Source: Candidatus Sericytochromatia bacterium
GTDB taxonomy: Bacteria; Cyanobacteriota; Sericytochromatia; S15B-MN24; JAQBPE01
Assembly (NCBI GenBank): GCA_035285125.1
Contig: JAYKHR010000107.1
Coordinates: forward strand, 1 to 12,968
Length of the DNA: 12,968 nucleotides
Direction: 5' to 3'
Shown: piece after piece, positions 12,448 to 12,968 of the stretch
Layout: each line of letters opens with the position of its first letter
Numbering within the stretch: the first letter of the stretch is position 1
Translations under genes and position numbers: made by a program
The notes under the pieces: model-generated
Seen by the model: the letters and a program-made list of their open reading frames with translations, nothing else
Databases searched by the model: none
Told to the model about the DNA's origin: nothing

Positions 12448-12968
12448 TCAGTCTGCCGCGATCACGATGATGCGGTCGCCGGCGGCGTAGCTCAGGACGA
12501 GCTCCTTCGGCGGGTTGAGGCGGATGCCCTCCCGCTGGGTGGGCCCGGCCTCCCCGAGCCGGCGGTAGCCGATGGCGACCTCGCCGCGCCTCGCTGCGGC
12601 CACCACGACGGTGTAGAAGCTCACGGGCTGGTCGAGGGCCACGTAGTCTGACGCCGCCTTGAGGTAGATCTCCATCCCCTGCGTGTCGAGCAGGTCCGTG
12701 AACACCGCGTTCAGGTGCTTGTTCTCGGACACCTGGGCCAGCATCAGGCTGATCAGCGTGTGGCTGACGATGAAGTCGTCAACGCGCGTGGCCCGCGCAA
12801 GGTCGCGGTTGCGGGCATGCAGCATCTCAGACACGATGTTGACGCGCGCCCCCGTCCGCTCGACCAGCGTGCGCAGGTAGAGCAGCGTCTCCAGCGTCCG
12901 GGCGTCGGCCTGGTGCTGGCCGAGCAGCTCCGTGTAGCCGAGCACGATGACGTGCTGGTAGCTCCAGA
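12448..12968 (-). CDS. CASTOR/POLLUX(DMI1)-like ion channel, C-terminal RCK region (5' part beyond the window)
   Basis: Frame open to the right edge (WSYQHVIVLGY...); DARTLETLLYLR, NIVSEM, DDFIVS..LISLMLAQVSEN, VF.DLLD..G.EIYLK, VSFYTVV.AA.RRGEVAIGYR, LNPPK and GDRIIVIA match the bacterial CASTOR/POLLUX-related family as I recall it. Confidence 0.85.
   Translation of the reverse strand, partial: WSYQHVIVLGYTELLGQHQADARTLETLLYLRTLVERTGARVNIVSEMLHARNRDLARATRVDDFIVSHTLISLMLAQVSENKHLNAVFTDLLDTQGMEIYLKAASDYVALDQPVSFYTVVVAAARRGEVAIGYRRLGEAGPTQREGIRLNPPKELVLSYAAGDRIIVIAAD

Noticed and set aside
7005..12651. Long plus-strand ORFs 7005..8687, 8778..10211, 10199..11131 and 10819..12651
   Set aside because: Antisense shadows of well-supported minus-strand genes.
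1..12968. CRISPR array, tRNA/rRNA, IS/transposase or integrase
   Set aside because: No regularly spaced repeats, RNA-gene signatures or mobile-element motifs seen; recurring sequences are explained by propeller repeats and the paralog pair.

Overview
High-GC window from a diderm bacterium (outer-membrane beta-barrel genes present). On the minus strand, from right to left: 3' end of a CASTOR/POLLUX-like ion channel gene; a perfect extended -10 promoter; an orphan PhnD-like binding protein; nagB; a small lower-GC hypothetical gene; a 135-bp intergenic region holding a Pro-rich 12-codon uORF with competing hairpins; a secreted Gly-rich, charge-poor putative beta-barrel with an intrinsic terminator; and a ~980-aa protein of architecture signal peptide - HEXXH gluzincin-like peptidase - TolB/PD40-type beta-propeller - Omp85-type barrel. 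A second, paralogous peptidase-propeller-Omp85 gene (<1..2606, minus) is missing from the supplied ORF track because it runs off the window edge. The two paralogs are separated by an oppositely oriented, coupled pair of histidine kinase genes (MASE1-PAS-HisKA-HATPase and REC-GAF-HisKA-HATPase) with no output regulator in view. The best candidate for an undescribed system is the paralogous protease-propeller-Omp85 pair plus the adjacent hydrophobic barrel and its leader. All family calls come from motifs recognised by eye; no searches were run.
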